Assembly (NCBI GenBank): GCA_902790415.1
Contig: CADARU010000003.1
Coordinates: forward strand, 1-59,232
From: an uncultured Pseudomonadota bacterium
Lineage (GTDB): Bacteria; Pseudomonadota; Alphaproteobacteria; Rs-D84
DNA: 59,232 bases
Direction of reading: 5' to 3'
The notes under the pieces are model-generated. The model was not told the DNA's origin and ran no database searches. It was given only the letters and a program-made list of their open reading frames with translations. This document shows, piece after piece, positions 37,693 through 47,022 of the stretch (the first letter of the stretch is position 1; each line of letters begins with the position of its first letter). The position numbers were made by a program, and so were the translations under genes.

Positions 37693-37989
37693 CTAGTCCC
37701 CTTCCATAACCTTGGGTACGGCGAAGTATCCGCGGCTTACACCGGCCTTGTCCGGGGCGTTGGCCAATATTGCATCACGAATGCCACCATCGGTGACAAC
37801 ATCTGCGCGCAACGGCAAATCGTGTTCGGCCGGCGACAGCATCGGTTCAACACCCGTTGTGTCAATTTTCTGTAATTTATCTAACCATTCAACAACGGAA
37901 TCAATATTCATTTTTTCCAGTTTTTCATCAGGGATTTCGATTTGAATCAAATCCGCGAATTTACGTAATTGTTGCTTGCTAAATGCCAT
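37693..37989 (-). CDS. gatC: Asp/Glu-tRNA amidotransferase subunit C
   Basis: IDTTGVEPM, LRADVVTDG, LANAP, YFAVPKV. Confidence 0.92.
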   Translation of the reverse strand: MAFSKQQLRKFADLIQIEIPDEKLEKMNIDSVVEWLDKLQKIDTTGVEPMLSPAEHDLPLRADVVTDGGIRDAILANAPDKAGVSRGYFAVPKVMEGD

Positions 37990-38027
37990 TTGTAATCCTA
38001 TTATTTGTAAAGCAAGGGGATTATACA

Positions 38028-38480
38028 ATGATTTTGCAAAAAGTCCAGGATTTAAACGTAAAACATCGCCTGGTTGCGATTGATTGGGGGGCGCGCCGTG
38101 TTGGGGTGGCGGTGTCTGCCGATGATGGGGTGTTTGTATTTGCGCGCCCGGCGATTGTTATGAAAAAATATGATGTAAATGATTTGGCATCAAAAATATT
38201 GAAATTGGCAACGGATGAAGGGGCAGGGGGCATAGTTATTGGTTTGCCACTGCGATTGGACGGAACAGATTCAGATACGACAAAAATGGTTCGTACGTTT
38301 GCAAATTTCTTGGCTGCCAAAACGGATTTACCAATTGCGTTTGTTGATGAAACCTTGTCCAGTGCCGCCGCCCAGGATGAAATGGGGCGTGTTAATCGTG
38401 ATGACATAAAACGTGAATTAGATTCAAACTCTGCACGTGTAATTTTGGAAAACGCAATAGAAATGATAAAACGTGGGTAG
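38028..38480 (+). CDS. ruvX: YqgF/RuvX pre-16S rRNA nuclease
   Basis: AIDWGARRVGVAVS, VIGLPL.LDG, VDETLSS, D..SA.VIL. Confidence 0.92.
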   Translation: MILQKVQDLNVKHRLVAIDWGARRVGVAVSADDGVFVFARPAIVMKKYDVNDLASKILKLATDEGAGGIVIGLPLRLDGTDSDTTKMVRTFANFLAAKTDLPIAFVDETLSSAAAQDEMGRVNRDDIKRELDSNSARVILENAIEMIKRG

Positions 38481-38510
38481 TGGTTAGTGTTAGTGGTTAG
38501 GGGTTAGTAA
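38478..38510 (+). repeat. short tandem TAGTGGT-type repeats (left copy)
   Basis: tagtggt tagtgt tagtggt taggggt tagt. Confidence 0.8.
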
Positions 38511-38535
38511 CGGGTGCAAATGCACCCGTTTTTTT
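38509..38535 (+). terminator. intrinsic terminator after ruvX
   Basis: AACGGGTGCA-aa-TGCACCCGTT followed by T tract. Confidence 0.8.
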
Positions 38536-38560
38536 AGTGCCATTCCGCACATCCCCAAAT

Positions 38561-38727
38561 CTCATCCCGCACTTGATGCGGGACCCGGGTAATAATAAAA
38601 AAGCGGTTCGCCATCGGAGAACACATATTATTAACTTGGGGTCCGGGTTGCGCATACGCACCCCCGGAATGACACTGCTTTTCATCATATCGCAGCCCCT
38701 TTGTCATTGTGGCCACCGTGCCGCAAT
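38561..38727. repeat. REP/RPE-like palindromic element(s) of the GTCAT...ATGAC type
   Basis: TCATCCCGCACTTGATGCGGGACCC ... GGGGTCCGGG...CCCGGAATGAC, and GTCATTGTGGC..GCCGCAAT; GC-rich hairpins in AT-rich intergenic DNA. Confidence 0.65.
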
Positions 38728-38744
38728 AGGGGGTATGGTGGAAC

Positions 38745-38771
38745 AAAAAACGCCCCGATGGGCGTTTTTTT
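38745..38771 (-). terminator. intrinsic terminator for Cys-rich protein gene
   Basis: AAAAAACGCCC-cgat-GGGCGTTTTTT. Confidence 0.8.
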
Positions 38772-38789
38772 AATTAGTTTGGTTTGTTA

Positions 38790-40283
38790 TTATCTGGCCG
38801 GACCAACAACGAATTCATCGTTATAATCCGCAACGGTTTGACCACCAATCGCGCATTGAATCGCTTCAAACCCTTTCTTTAATTGGTTCTTTTTAACGAC
38901 CACACTGGTGACGACACCGCCAACGGTACCTAATACCACACCGGCGATACTGTCTGATGCCAAACGTGCGGTGTTGAAATTACCTTCGGCATCTTTCCAT
39001 ACAGACACCTTGAAACCGTTCATAATTCCGTCCAGACGTGCGCGAACCTCGCGAATTTCTTTTAATTTAATCAACAACATATATTCTTCGGAATATTCGC
39101 ATTTGCCGTTTTTGTACACCTTGTTGGAATCAGCGCAAGAACAAGATACGCCATCTGCGTTTAACTTTAATTCCGTGGTTGCACATTCACACTTTTTTGT
39201 GTTTTGATTCAAACGTGCACCAGTTGTTGTATCGCACTGCGGAATCTGTTGTGTAACACATCTGCCGGTACCGTTGGAAGTATCTATTTCAAATTTGGCG
39301 TTGACATCATTGCAAATACATACGTTTTGTGTTGAATCATATCTCGCCAATCCTGCGTCTTCCAGGTTACAGCATGCAACACCAACCGGTTTACCTTTAC
39401 GTTTTTCTGTGCATGATTTGTTAATAATAACACCGGGTTTGCGACATTGACACCCCGTGGTATCTGCAAACATGTTTCCTGAACATTTTGTTGGACAGCA
39501 TCTGAATTTCGGACCCGCTACACAGTCTAATTGAAACGCTGTTCCATTGGAATCAGGATTTGCATTCAAAGTTCTGCACTGGCTAGCACTTATGTTTTTT
39601 GGATACTTCCCGCCAAGATTAAGTTTCAATTGTGCGTTATCCAAAGTGCCTGTACATTGATTGTTGTTTGGTGTCGGTCCATTTTCTACACATTTATTTC
39701 CGACGACTTTGTATCCGGTTTTACAAGTTTTGGGTTTGCATGTTATAGTTGTGTCTCCTTCACAGAAAAGAACGAATGTTTCACCGTTTGTATCTCTTTC
39801 ATTACGACATAAACCATCAAGTTCATTGTAGTTGTAGGCAGTAGATGTGGTTTCGCCGATTCCAATATCGCCAAATTTTCTTGTGTGACACATTCCAGAG
39901 CCGACTTCAGCCCAATAATCATCAAAAAATCCGTCAATACATTGGTAATCTTTTGCCTGATTTATGACCTCACCTTTGAATACGTGCCCTGCTTTCATAT
40001 GAACAACATGGTCTTCTTCGCAAGATTTACTGAACCAATCGTCACATTCAAATGCTACGGCGCTGCCGGAATCGGCATGTCCACTTGTTTCGTATGCGGA
40101 CATCGCTTTGTCAAAATTGTTTTTATCGGGATACAAAAATTCGTTATCATCTGGATCTTGATAACCTCTATATTTTAACGTTGTTGCAGAATAACAAGAT
40201 TTTCCAAAAGCGTCTGTGGTATCAACGATAAAAGTGCCAAATATCATTGCGACAACAAAAAATACACTTAAAAATTTCTTCAT
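38790..40283 (-). CDS. secreted cysteine-rich protein with C-terminal glycine-zipper segment
   Basis: signal peptide MKKFLSVFF, many CxC/CC motifs, C-terminal AGVVLGTVGGVVTS. Confidence 0.8.
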   Translation of the reverse strand: MKKFLSVFFVVAMIFGTFIVDTTDAFGKSCYSATTLKYRGYQDPDDNEFLYPDKNNFDKAMSAYETSGHADSGSAVAFECDDWFSKSCEEDHVVHMKAGHVFKGEVINQAKDYQCIDGFFDDYWAEVGSGMCHTRKFGDIGIGETTSTAYNYNELDGLCRNERDTNGETFVLFCEGDTTITCKPKTCKTGYKVVGNKCVENGPTPNNNQCTGTLDNAQLKLNLGGKYPKNISASQCRTLNANPDSNGTAFQLDCVAGPKFRCCPTKCSGNMFADTTGCQCRKPGVIINKSCTEKRKGKPVGVACCNLEDAGLARYDSTQNVCICNDVNAKFEIDTSNGTGRCVTQQIPQCDTTTGARLNQNTKKCECATTELKLNADGVSCSCADSNKVYKNGKCEYSEEYMLLIKLKEIREVRARLDGIMNGFKVSVWKDAEGNFNTARLASDSIAGVVLGTVGGVVTSVVVKKNQLKKGFEAIQCAIGGQTVADYNDEFVVGPAR

Positions 40284-40362
40284 ATCTCCCATCCTTTTAT
40301 TGGATATAAATTTCCTATTCCTGACAATTTTATCATAAAAACCACTTTGTTTCAAATGAATT

Positions 40363-40437
40363 TTAGTGGCTAGTTTGTTAGTGGTTAGGGTTTAGTAATT
40401 CCATATAGCCGTCATACCGGCCCGGTGCCGGTGTGAC
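40363..40437 (+). repeat. TAGTGGT-type repeats (right copy) plus GTCA palindrome
   Basis: TGTTAGTGGTTAGGGTTTAGTAA matches 38488-38510 at 22/23; GTCATACCGGC-ccggt-GCCGGTGTGAC at 40411-40437. Confidence 0.75.
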
Positions 40438-40472
40438 GAAGTTCTGTAATTATATGTCCACTAACACTAATG

Positions 40473-41504
40473 CTAATCTTCGCTCTTGTTTGGTATTTTA
40501 CCATCGGCGGACAGCAATATTGCAATCCAACGGGTTGAATCAAACTGGGCGGTGATAATAAATGTGGCCACCAATAACGGAACACTGAAAAACATACCGG
40601 CAACACCCCATATCAATCCCCAAAATACCAAGTTTATCAAAATAGCCAATGTGGACAGGTTTAATGTTTTGCCCGTTAATTTTGGTTCCAGTATATTTCC
40701 AAACAAAATTTGTAATCCAATTAAACCGGCGGCGATTAATACCGGTTCGTTTATTGTGTCAAATGTAACCAATGCAAATACTATTGGCAAGGCGCAACTG
40801 ATTATCGCACCGATTGTTGGAATATAACTTAAAATAAATATTACAAATGCCCAGACACCAGCAAATTCCAATCCCAAAATATGCATCAGGAAATATGACA
40901 ATGCGCCAGTAATCGCCGACAACAACGTCTTCATAAATAAATACTTTTTCATGTTTTCATTTATGCTGGATAAAATATAGTGCATTTTTTTTGATTGGTT
41001 TTTGTTTGGGAACAATTCGGCAAATTTTTTATGAAAAGTGCTCTGTTCTACAAACATGAACATCATATACACAATAACCATCCCCATAGATGTCGCAATT
41101 TTTGCAACCGATGAACCGATATTTGAAACAATCGTTGTAATGTTCGGCAGGGCATCGCTGGTAATATTTATCCCAAGTGTTTTTGATATGTATGCCCATA
41201 ATGTATCCAATTTTGCTTGTATGTTTGGTAAGGCCGCCAATAATTCTGAAAACATCGGTCGGACATGCGTGGCAAACAGGTATATCAGTCCACAAAATGT
41301 TCCGATTGCCAAAACATTTGATAATATGGTTAATGAAACGGTTACCCATTTTTGGTCAGGGGTAAAAGGAATTAACTTGCGATAATATGTTGCGGTTGCG
41401 TTGATTAAATACCATAAAAAACCTGCAACCAAGAGCGGAATAAATATAGAACTGCCCATCCAAAGGATAAAGGTTGCGCCGATAAATAAAATTAATCCGT
41501 TCAT
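40473..41504 (-). CDS. AI-2E family transporter
   Basis: IFIPLLVA, KYLFMKT, LSYIPTIG, GNILEPKL.G..LNLS, FWG.IWG..GM..SVP. Confidence 0.92.
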   Translation of the reverse strand: MNGLILFIGATFILWMGSSIFIPLLVAGFLWYLINATATYYRKLIPFTPDQKWVTVSLTILSNVLAIGTFCGLIYLFATHVRPMFSELLAALPNIQAKLDTLWAYISKTLGINITSDALPNITTIVSNIGSSVAKIATSMGMVIVYMMFMFVEQSTFHKKFAELFPNKNQSKKMHYILSSINENMKKYLFMKTLLSAITGALSYFLMHILGLEFAGVWAFVIFILSYIPTIGAIISCALPIVFALVTFDTINEPVLIAAGLIGLQILFGNILEPKLTGKTLNLSTLAILINLVFWGLIWGVAGMFFSVPLLVATFIITAQFDSTRWIAILLSADGKIPNKSED

Positions 41505-41526
41505 GTGTTCCCCCTGTGGTTACATT

Positions 41527-42210
41527 TTATTGTAACATAATTTTGCCGCCGGACAAAGTTGTTATGCTGGTTGGTGAAATGGTATCGGTAAAATTTGGCT
41601 GGTGACTGATAAAAATAAATGTGGTGTCGGTCATTGCACGAATCGTTGTTGCAATTTGTTTTTGAACATCTGCATCCGCCCCGGAATCGGGTTCGTCCAA
41701 TATCGCCAATGTCGGTTTTGTCATAACCAGTTGTAATAACATTAAACGTTTTCTTTCGCCCCCCGAAAAACCAACGTTTACAGACCTGTTTAACCAATCG
41801 CGTGGAATATTTAAATGTTCACGTGCGGATTCTAAATCTTGTAAAAACTGTCCCATTGGTAAATCTTGATGGGTGCGAAAATGCGTGTGTGCGGCCATTG
41901 AATGTTTTAGAAAACTTAATACCGTTAATCCGGGAATTTCTGGAACATTTTGCGCGCCGACAAAAATCCCCATCAAAGAACGCGTGGTCGCGTTTTCATT
42001 TGTGATATTTTTTTCGTCAAATATAATTTCGCCAGAATCTATTGTATACGCCGGATTTCCTGTGATTGCGCCGACCAGGGTTGATTTACCACTGCCATTG
42101 TGGCCGGCCAACAAATGACGCGCCCCACGTTCCACTGACATGTTTATATCAGTCAGCAATTTTTTGCCGTCCAGTGAAACACAAAGATTTTTTATATCAA
42201 GTAATCCCAT
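41527..42210 (-). CDS. sufC: Fe-S cluster assembly ATPase SufC
   Basis: GHNGSGKST, PEIPG, RSVNVGFSGGERKR, LDEPDSG.D. Confidence 0.92.
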   Translation of the reverse strand: MGLLDIKNLCVSLDGKKLLTDINMSVERGARHLLAGHNGSGKSTLVGAITGNPAYTIDSGEIIFDEKNITNENATTRSLMGIFVGAQNVPEIPGLTVLSFLKHSMAAHTHFRTHQDLPMGQFLQDLESAREHLNIPRDWLNRSVNVGFSGGERKRLMLLQLVMTKPTLAILDEPDSGADADVQKQIATTIRAMTDTTFIFISHQPNFTDTISPTSITTLSGGKIMLQ

Positions 42211-42213
42211 TGT

Positions 42214-43554
42214 TTATCCTTTGTTTGAAGACAATGCCATCTGTATTAACTGTTTTGATTCAACCAAAAATTCCATTGGTAATCGTGATAAAATTGGCGA
42301 TGCCATTGAACCGATTATTAGTGCGGTTGCGGTATCGGAATCTATGCCGGATTGCATCAAATATAATAATTGCTTTTCGTCAATGGCACCGGTGGCGGCC
42401 TCGTGCGTTTGGACGTTTTGTGCGTTTTCGTATTCTATTTCAGGTAATGCGTTTGATATTGCGCGATTGCCGATAATACGTGTGTCGCATTTAGATGCAT
42501 TTTTCCCGCCGGTGCCACAGAACCGAACCAAACTGCGAAATGTTTGGCGCGACCAATCCAATGCGACACCGTATGATAAAATGTTTGATGTTGTGTTGTT
42601 ACCAATGTGTAACATTTTTGTGCCAGTATCACTCTGTTGGCCGCCACGTGTTATGGCCAGAGAATAAAAATCACTGGCCGCGCCATCGCCATGCAAAATT
42701 GTTGAAGGATATTTCCATGTCATGGCGGAGCCAACCTCCATCTGGGTCCAATCAAGGCGCGCGTTTTTATGGCATATACCACGTTTGGTTACAAAATTTA
42801 ATATACCATTTTTATTATACTCGCCATCCGCGGTTGGTGCGCCGGCATACCAATTTTGAACGGTTGCATATTTCACATACGCATCATCGTTTACGATGAT
42901 TTCAACAACCCCGCTGTGCAGTTGATGACTGGGGCGGCGTGGGGCACTGCAACCTTCCATGTAACTAAGTTCTGAACCGGTGTCGGCAATAATTAAAGTG
43001 CGTTCAAATTGACCGATTTTGGCGGTTTCGATTCTAAAATAACTGGCCAAATCAATAGGGCATTTTACGTGTGGTGGAATATAAACAAATGTGCCGTCTG
43101 AAAAAACCGCGGCATTTAATGCAGCGTAAAAATTATCAGCAGGGCCAACAACGCTGCCAAGATATTTTTTTACCAGTTCCGGATGTTGTTTTACCGCATC
43201 AGAAAAAGGCAAGAATATTATGCCGTGTTTGGCCAATTCCGCCGTATAGGACGTGTGAACAGATTTACTGTCTATGACCGTATCGGTTGCCATCCCAAGC
43301 AGTGCACGTTGTTCGTTTTCGGGTAACCCCATTTTTTCATAGGTTGCTTTTAAATCGCTGTTATCAATTTGTGATGGGGCATTGTAATAATTTAAAGATG
43401 CATAATCTATGGAATCATAATCTATTTCCGCCCAATGTGGTTCGGACATTTTTAACCATTTTTCAAACGCATCTAACCGCCATTGTAACAGCCAATCTGG
43501 TTCTTGACGTGCGTTTGATATTTCACGAATAAGATTTGCGTTTAATGGTTTCAT
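42214..43554 (-). CDS. sufB: Fe-S cluster assembly scaffold SufB
   Basis: EPDWLL.WRL, ALNAAVFSDG, GQFERTLI, YMEGCSAP, NFVTKRG, TWKYPS, LPMEF. Confidence 0.95.
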   Translation of the reverse strand: MKPLNANLIREISNARQEPDWLLQWRLDAFEKWLKMSEPHWAEIDYDSIDYASLNYYNAPSQIDNSDLKATYEKMGLPENEQRALLGMATDTVIDSKSVHTSYTAELAKHGIIFLPFSDAVKQHPELVKKYLGSVVGPADNFYAALNAAVFSDGTFVYIPPHVKCPIDLASYFRIETAKIGQFERTLIIADTGSELSYMEGCSAPRRPSHQLHSGVVEIIVNDDAYVKYATVQNWYAGAPTADGEYNKNGILNFVTKRGICHKNARLDWTQMEVGSAMTWKYPSTILHGDGAASDFYSLAITRGGQQSDTGTKMLHIGNNTTSNILSYGVALDWSRQTFRSLVRFCGTGGKNASKCDTRIIGNRAISNALPEIEYENAQNVQTHEAATGAIDEKQLLYLMQSGIDSDTATALIIGSMASPILSRLPMEFLVESKQLIQMALSSNKG

Positions 43555-44102
43555 ATATCACTATTTTCTTGGGTGGCCAGGTTATATGCCTGGGTGAAAA
43601 ATGTTAACGATTGACCCAACAATCCGTTTATAAATGTTGATGTCAAAATTCCGTCTGGTTCTGTACTGTTTAGATGTTTTAACAGGTTGTCCGCATGTGT
43701 CATATAATTTGTAACACAGCGTTTAATTTCAGAATCCAATTTTATTGCACGGCGCAGTTTTTCCATAACAAATGGATTTTTTGCATATTCGTCCAACATG
43801 CCCCCCAGTGTGCGCCATAATGGGTGTTCTGAGGTGTTGCGTGGCATAATATCCAATGCCGCCGATACAGGAATTAAGTTGTTTAACAAATCTTGATAAA
43901 TAATTTCTGCATTTTCTGCAATCGCATTTGTGGCGGATTTGTTTTTTAATATGCTCTGAATTTTTACCATCAGGTTATATTGGTATGCCAAGTTTTTGTC
44001 TATCTGGTTTATGCGACGATTTTGTTTTAGTATAAAAAATGCACAAAATAAAACAGAACATGTTGTTATTATTAACAAAGTTAGTAAACTTTCCAGATAC
44101 AT
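43551..44102 (-). CDS. hypothetical single-pass membrane protein
   Basis: N-terminal TM helix; stop overlaps the sufB start. Confidence 0.65.
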   Translation of the reverse strand: MYLESLLTLLIITTCSVLFCAFFILKQNRRINQIDKNLAYQYNLMVKIQSILKNKSATNAIAENAEIIYQDLLNNLIPVSAALDIMPRNTSEHPLWRTLGGMLDEYAKNPFVMEKLRRAIKLDSEIKRCVTNYMTHADNLLKHLNSTEPDGILTSTFINGLLGQSLTFFTQAYNLATQENSDI

Positions 44103-44201
44103 TTTAACCCCCATTTTATGACTTTCTGGGGCTAGTATACCACCTTTTATCGATTCGCGCGATTTATTTTCAAAATCATTATTCTTTTGTGTTTTTAGGT
44201 C

Positions 44202-44230
44202 TTGCACAGATTCGGTCAAGTTGTTATAAT
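44202..44230 (+). promoter_or_regulatory. sigma70 promoter for pilL-pilN pair
   Basis: TTGCAC-N17-TATAAT with extended TG. Confidence 0.75.
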
Positions 44231-44269
44231 GACCTATATAAAAACTAATTTTTTAGGAAAGGAATACTT

Positions 44270-45256
44270 ATGTTTCGCAAGATTTTTGTTATCGCAATGT
44301 TTGCAACTGCGGCGGGATACTGCTTTGCGGCGGAAACTTTGCCACAAATTGTAACGTCTGAGGTTTTTTATACAGAAGACAAGGATGTCGTAGAAGATAA
44401 TTCGGTTCAGAACGTTGAATATGCACCGGTTGAATATGCCGAACCCGTTCAAGATATGTATGTTAATGTTCCTGCGTGGCCGATACCGGGGTCTGATGCG
44501 GATGTTACATTGTCATGTGATATGGGGGTGTGTCCGGAACCGGTTCCTGAAGACAACATTAAAATTGTTTCTAAAATAGGTGCGGATTTGGTCGTTGAAA
44601 ACAATTTTAATTTGGGTACGCGTGCGGGCACAGGTTGGTCTGGTGGTGCAAATATGCTGCATGGTAACCAAATTCCGGTTGGTTTTGATGACGAGTGTGG
44701 TCGTGGCTCGGAAATGCCGTTGTTGCATCGCGAAGTTTTAGAAGATGATGGTGGTAATGTCTTGACCGTATCACGCAGTTCACGTAACAACTGTGTAAAA
44801 TATGCGGATGGCTATAATGCGTATATGGCAAGAAATGGCGCAACCCCGGCCCAGATTGCAACGTCTTATGCCGGTGCGGTCGCGGAAGGTGTCGAAGCAA
44901 ATCGTGAAACAGGTATGGAAATGGTTACAGAAACCCAAACGGAAACCGAAACAGTCATAGATTTGTCCGCGGATGCGGAACCGGCCCAGGGGGCGGCAGA
45001 CCAGGTTCGTTCATGGGTTGTGGCAAATGGTCAGACACTGCGCGGTGTGTTACAGGCATGGTGTGATAAAGAAGGTTGGGATTTGGTTTGGACAACTTCT
45101 CGTGAATATCCAATTCAGGCCAGTGCAGTATTCAAAGGTCGCTTTGTTGATGTTGCATCGGCGGTTGTTCGTAATTTTGCACGTGCTGTACCGGCGCCGT
45201 ATGCGAAATTTTACAAGGGAAATCGTGTTTTGGTAATATCTGCGTCAGAAGAATAA
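44270..45256 (+). CDS. TcpQ/PilL-domain periplasmic protein (type IVb pilus accessory)
   Basis: signal peptide; C-terminal W....GQTLR.VL..W....GW.LVW....YPI.A...F.G.F..A...FYKGNRVL. Confidence 0.82.
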   Translation: MFRKIFVIAMFATAAGYCFAAETLPQIVTSEVFYTEDKDVVEDNSVQNVEYAPVEYAEPVQDMYVNVPAWPIPGSDADVTLSCDMGVCPEPVPEDNIKIVSKIGADLVVENNFNLGTRAGTGWSGGANMLHGNQIPVGFDDECGRGSEMPLLHREVLEDDGGNVLTVSRSSRNNCVKYADGYNAYMARNGATPAQIATSYAGAVAEGVEANRETGMEMVTETQTETETVIDLSADAEPAQGAADQVRSWVVANGQTLRGVLQAWCDKEGWDLVWTTSREYPIQASAVFKGRFVDVASAVVRNFARAVPAPYAKFYKGNRVLVISASEE

Positions 45257-45284
45257 AAAAATCGGATGGGACAGGAGAAAGACA

Positions 45285-46910
45285 ATGATGAAATTAACAA
45301 GGTTTTTTGCGGGTGTGTTTTGTGTGTTGGCCTTGGTGTCATGCACGCACAAGCAGTCGGCCAAGGTTGCGGCATCTGTGGATCATGATTTTAATAATGT
45401 ATATGATGCGTTTGAAATGGCAAAGAATCCGCGTGCCAAGGTCGCAACAGGTGATACTGTGTCCATGTCCGAAGGTGTTTGGTTGGGTGATAAATCATTG
45501 TTGGTTGACCATAGAAATGATTTGCCGGCGCAATTTGAAACAGATACCGGTATCACCATTTTATTAAATGAACCTGTAACATTACAAGTTTTGGCAAATA
45601 ATATAAATTCTATTACCAGAATACCCGTCAAAATAGACAGTCAGGTTTCAGGTGAAAAATTGAAAAAAACAATAAATGTCGCATATACCGGGAAATTGTC
45701 GGGGCTGCTGTCCCAGGTTGCAACAGATTTAGATTTGTTGTGGTATTATGATAAAACCTCAATCGTGTTTTATGAAACAGAAACAAAGACATTTACATTA
45801 TATGCGTTAGGGACAGATATTTCTTATCAATCATCTGTACAAACCGATGATGGCAATCAGGTGTTTTTGGAATCGACATTGAAAGAGTGGGATGAAGTAG
45901 AAAGCACGATATCTTCTATTGTTGGTCGTTCGGAAAATGCGAATTTTAACGTATCACGCAGTTTGGGGACAATAACCGTTACGGCACCGCCATCGGTGTT
46001 AAGTCGTGTTGGTGAATACATCGCGCGTCAAAATAAACGTCTGTCCCAGTTGGTTACAATAGATGTCAAGGTTTTACAGGTTTCTATTTCAAATGATTCG
46101 GCATTTGGATTAAATTTGGCGGCGGCGATAAATTCGGCATCTGGATTGAATTTGGTTGCAAATCCTAAAAATAATTTGGCCACCACAGAAGCCAGTTCTA
46201 TGAATATTGCAGTTTTGTCTAATACTGTATCTGCGTTGACCGGTGCGACACACATGGAAAATGGTTCTTCGGTGTCTGGTGCGTACACTTCGGAACAAAT
46301 AAATAATGGTTCGTTATCTGGTTTGGCCGGCAGCAATGCTTTAATCGAGGCATTGGCAAAGCAGGGCAAGGTTTCATTGGTTACAAATGTCGGTGTTACA
46401 ACGCGTAATAATCGTGTTGCGCCGGTTAACAATACCAAGACCACCGGTTATATTAAACGATTCGAATCGCGTAACTTTACAACGGTTGAATCCAGTACTG
46501 TTGACCAAGACGATTTGGAAACCGGTTTTTCGATGCAGTTGTTGCCGAATATTTTGGAAAATGGCAAAATATTGCTGTTGTTCAGAATGTCTGTGCGTGA
46601 ATTGTTGAAAATGTCAACCCAAACCATTGGCGAGGTTACATTGCAGTTGCCAGAGGTTGAAGAACGCAGTTTTATGCAGGAAGTTATTATGGAATCTGGT
46701 CAAATGTTGGTTGTTTCTGGATTTGAAAAACAAACCAATAATGACACGCGTTATGGATTGGGTGATCCGGACTTTATGTTGTTGTCGGGTTCAAGAGAAA
46801 CGGCGGCGCAACGTGATGTTTTGGTTGTTATCCTAACACCCCAGGTTTTAGTCAGTCCGATGGATGTGGAACGGAATATCCAACAACATTGGGGCGCACC
46901 ATTGAATTAA
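45285..46910 (+). CDS. type IVb pilus lipoprotein secretin (PilN/BfpB-like)
   Basis: lipobox LVSC, Y.GKLSGLL, GTITVTAPP, N.RL...V.IDVKV, EALAKQG.VS, GFSMQLLP, LQLPEV, LVVSGFE, LVVILTP. Confidence 0.88.
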   Translation: MMKLTRFFAGVFCVLALVSCTHKQSAKVAASVDHDFNNVYDAFEMAKNPRAKVATGDTVSMSEGVWLGDKSLLVDHRNDLPAQFETDTGITILLNEPVTLQVLANNINSITRIPVKIDSQVSGEKLKKTINVAYTGKLSGLLSQVATDLDLLWYYDKTSIVFYETETKTFTLYALGTDISYQSSVQTDDGNQVFLESTLKEWDEVESTISSIVGRSENANFNVSRSLGTITVTAPPSVLSRVGEYIARQNKRLSQLVTIDVKVLQVSISNDSAFGLNLAAAINSASGLNLVANPKNNLATTEASSMNIAVLSNTVSALTGATHMENGSSVSGAYTSEQINNGSLSGLAGSNALIEALAKQGKVSLVTNVGVTTRNNRVAPVNNTKTTGYIKRFESRNFTTVESSTVDQDDLETGFSMQLLPNILENGKILLLFRMSVRELLKMSTQTIGEVTLQLPEVEERSFMQEVIMESGQMLVVSGFEKQTNNDTRYGLGDPDFMLLSGSRETAAQRDVLVVILTPQVLVSPMDVERNIQQHWGAPLN

Positions 46911-46915
46911 AAAAG

Positions 46916-46940
46916 AACGGCCGGTTGGCCGTTTTTTTTT
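46916..46940 (+). terminator. intrinsic terminator after secretin
   Basis: AACGGCC-ggtt-GGCCGTT followed by long T tract. Confidence 0.85.
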
Positions 46941-47022
46941 GACAGATGTTATATTTTTGTTGATTTTTGTCAAGTTTTTGGTATAAATGCACCCAAAATA
47001 ATAAATACAGGGGGTGCAACCA

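Noticed and set aside
38478..38510. Telomere-like or CRISPR repeat
   Set aside because: Only 4-5 degenerate 6-7-mers with no spacers and no cas genes; I saw no CRISPR array in the window.
38497..38773. Short ORFs in the ruvX downstream region
   Set aside because: They are translations of palindromic repeats and terminators, with no RBS or coding signal.
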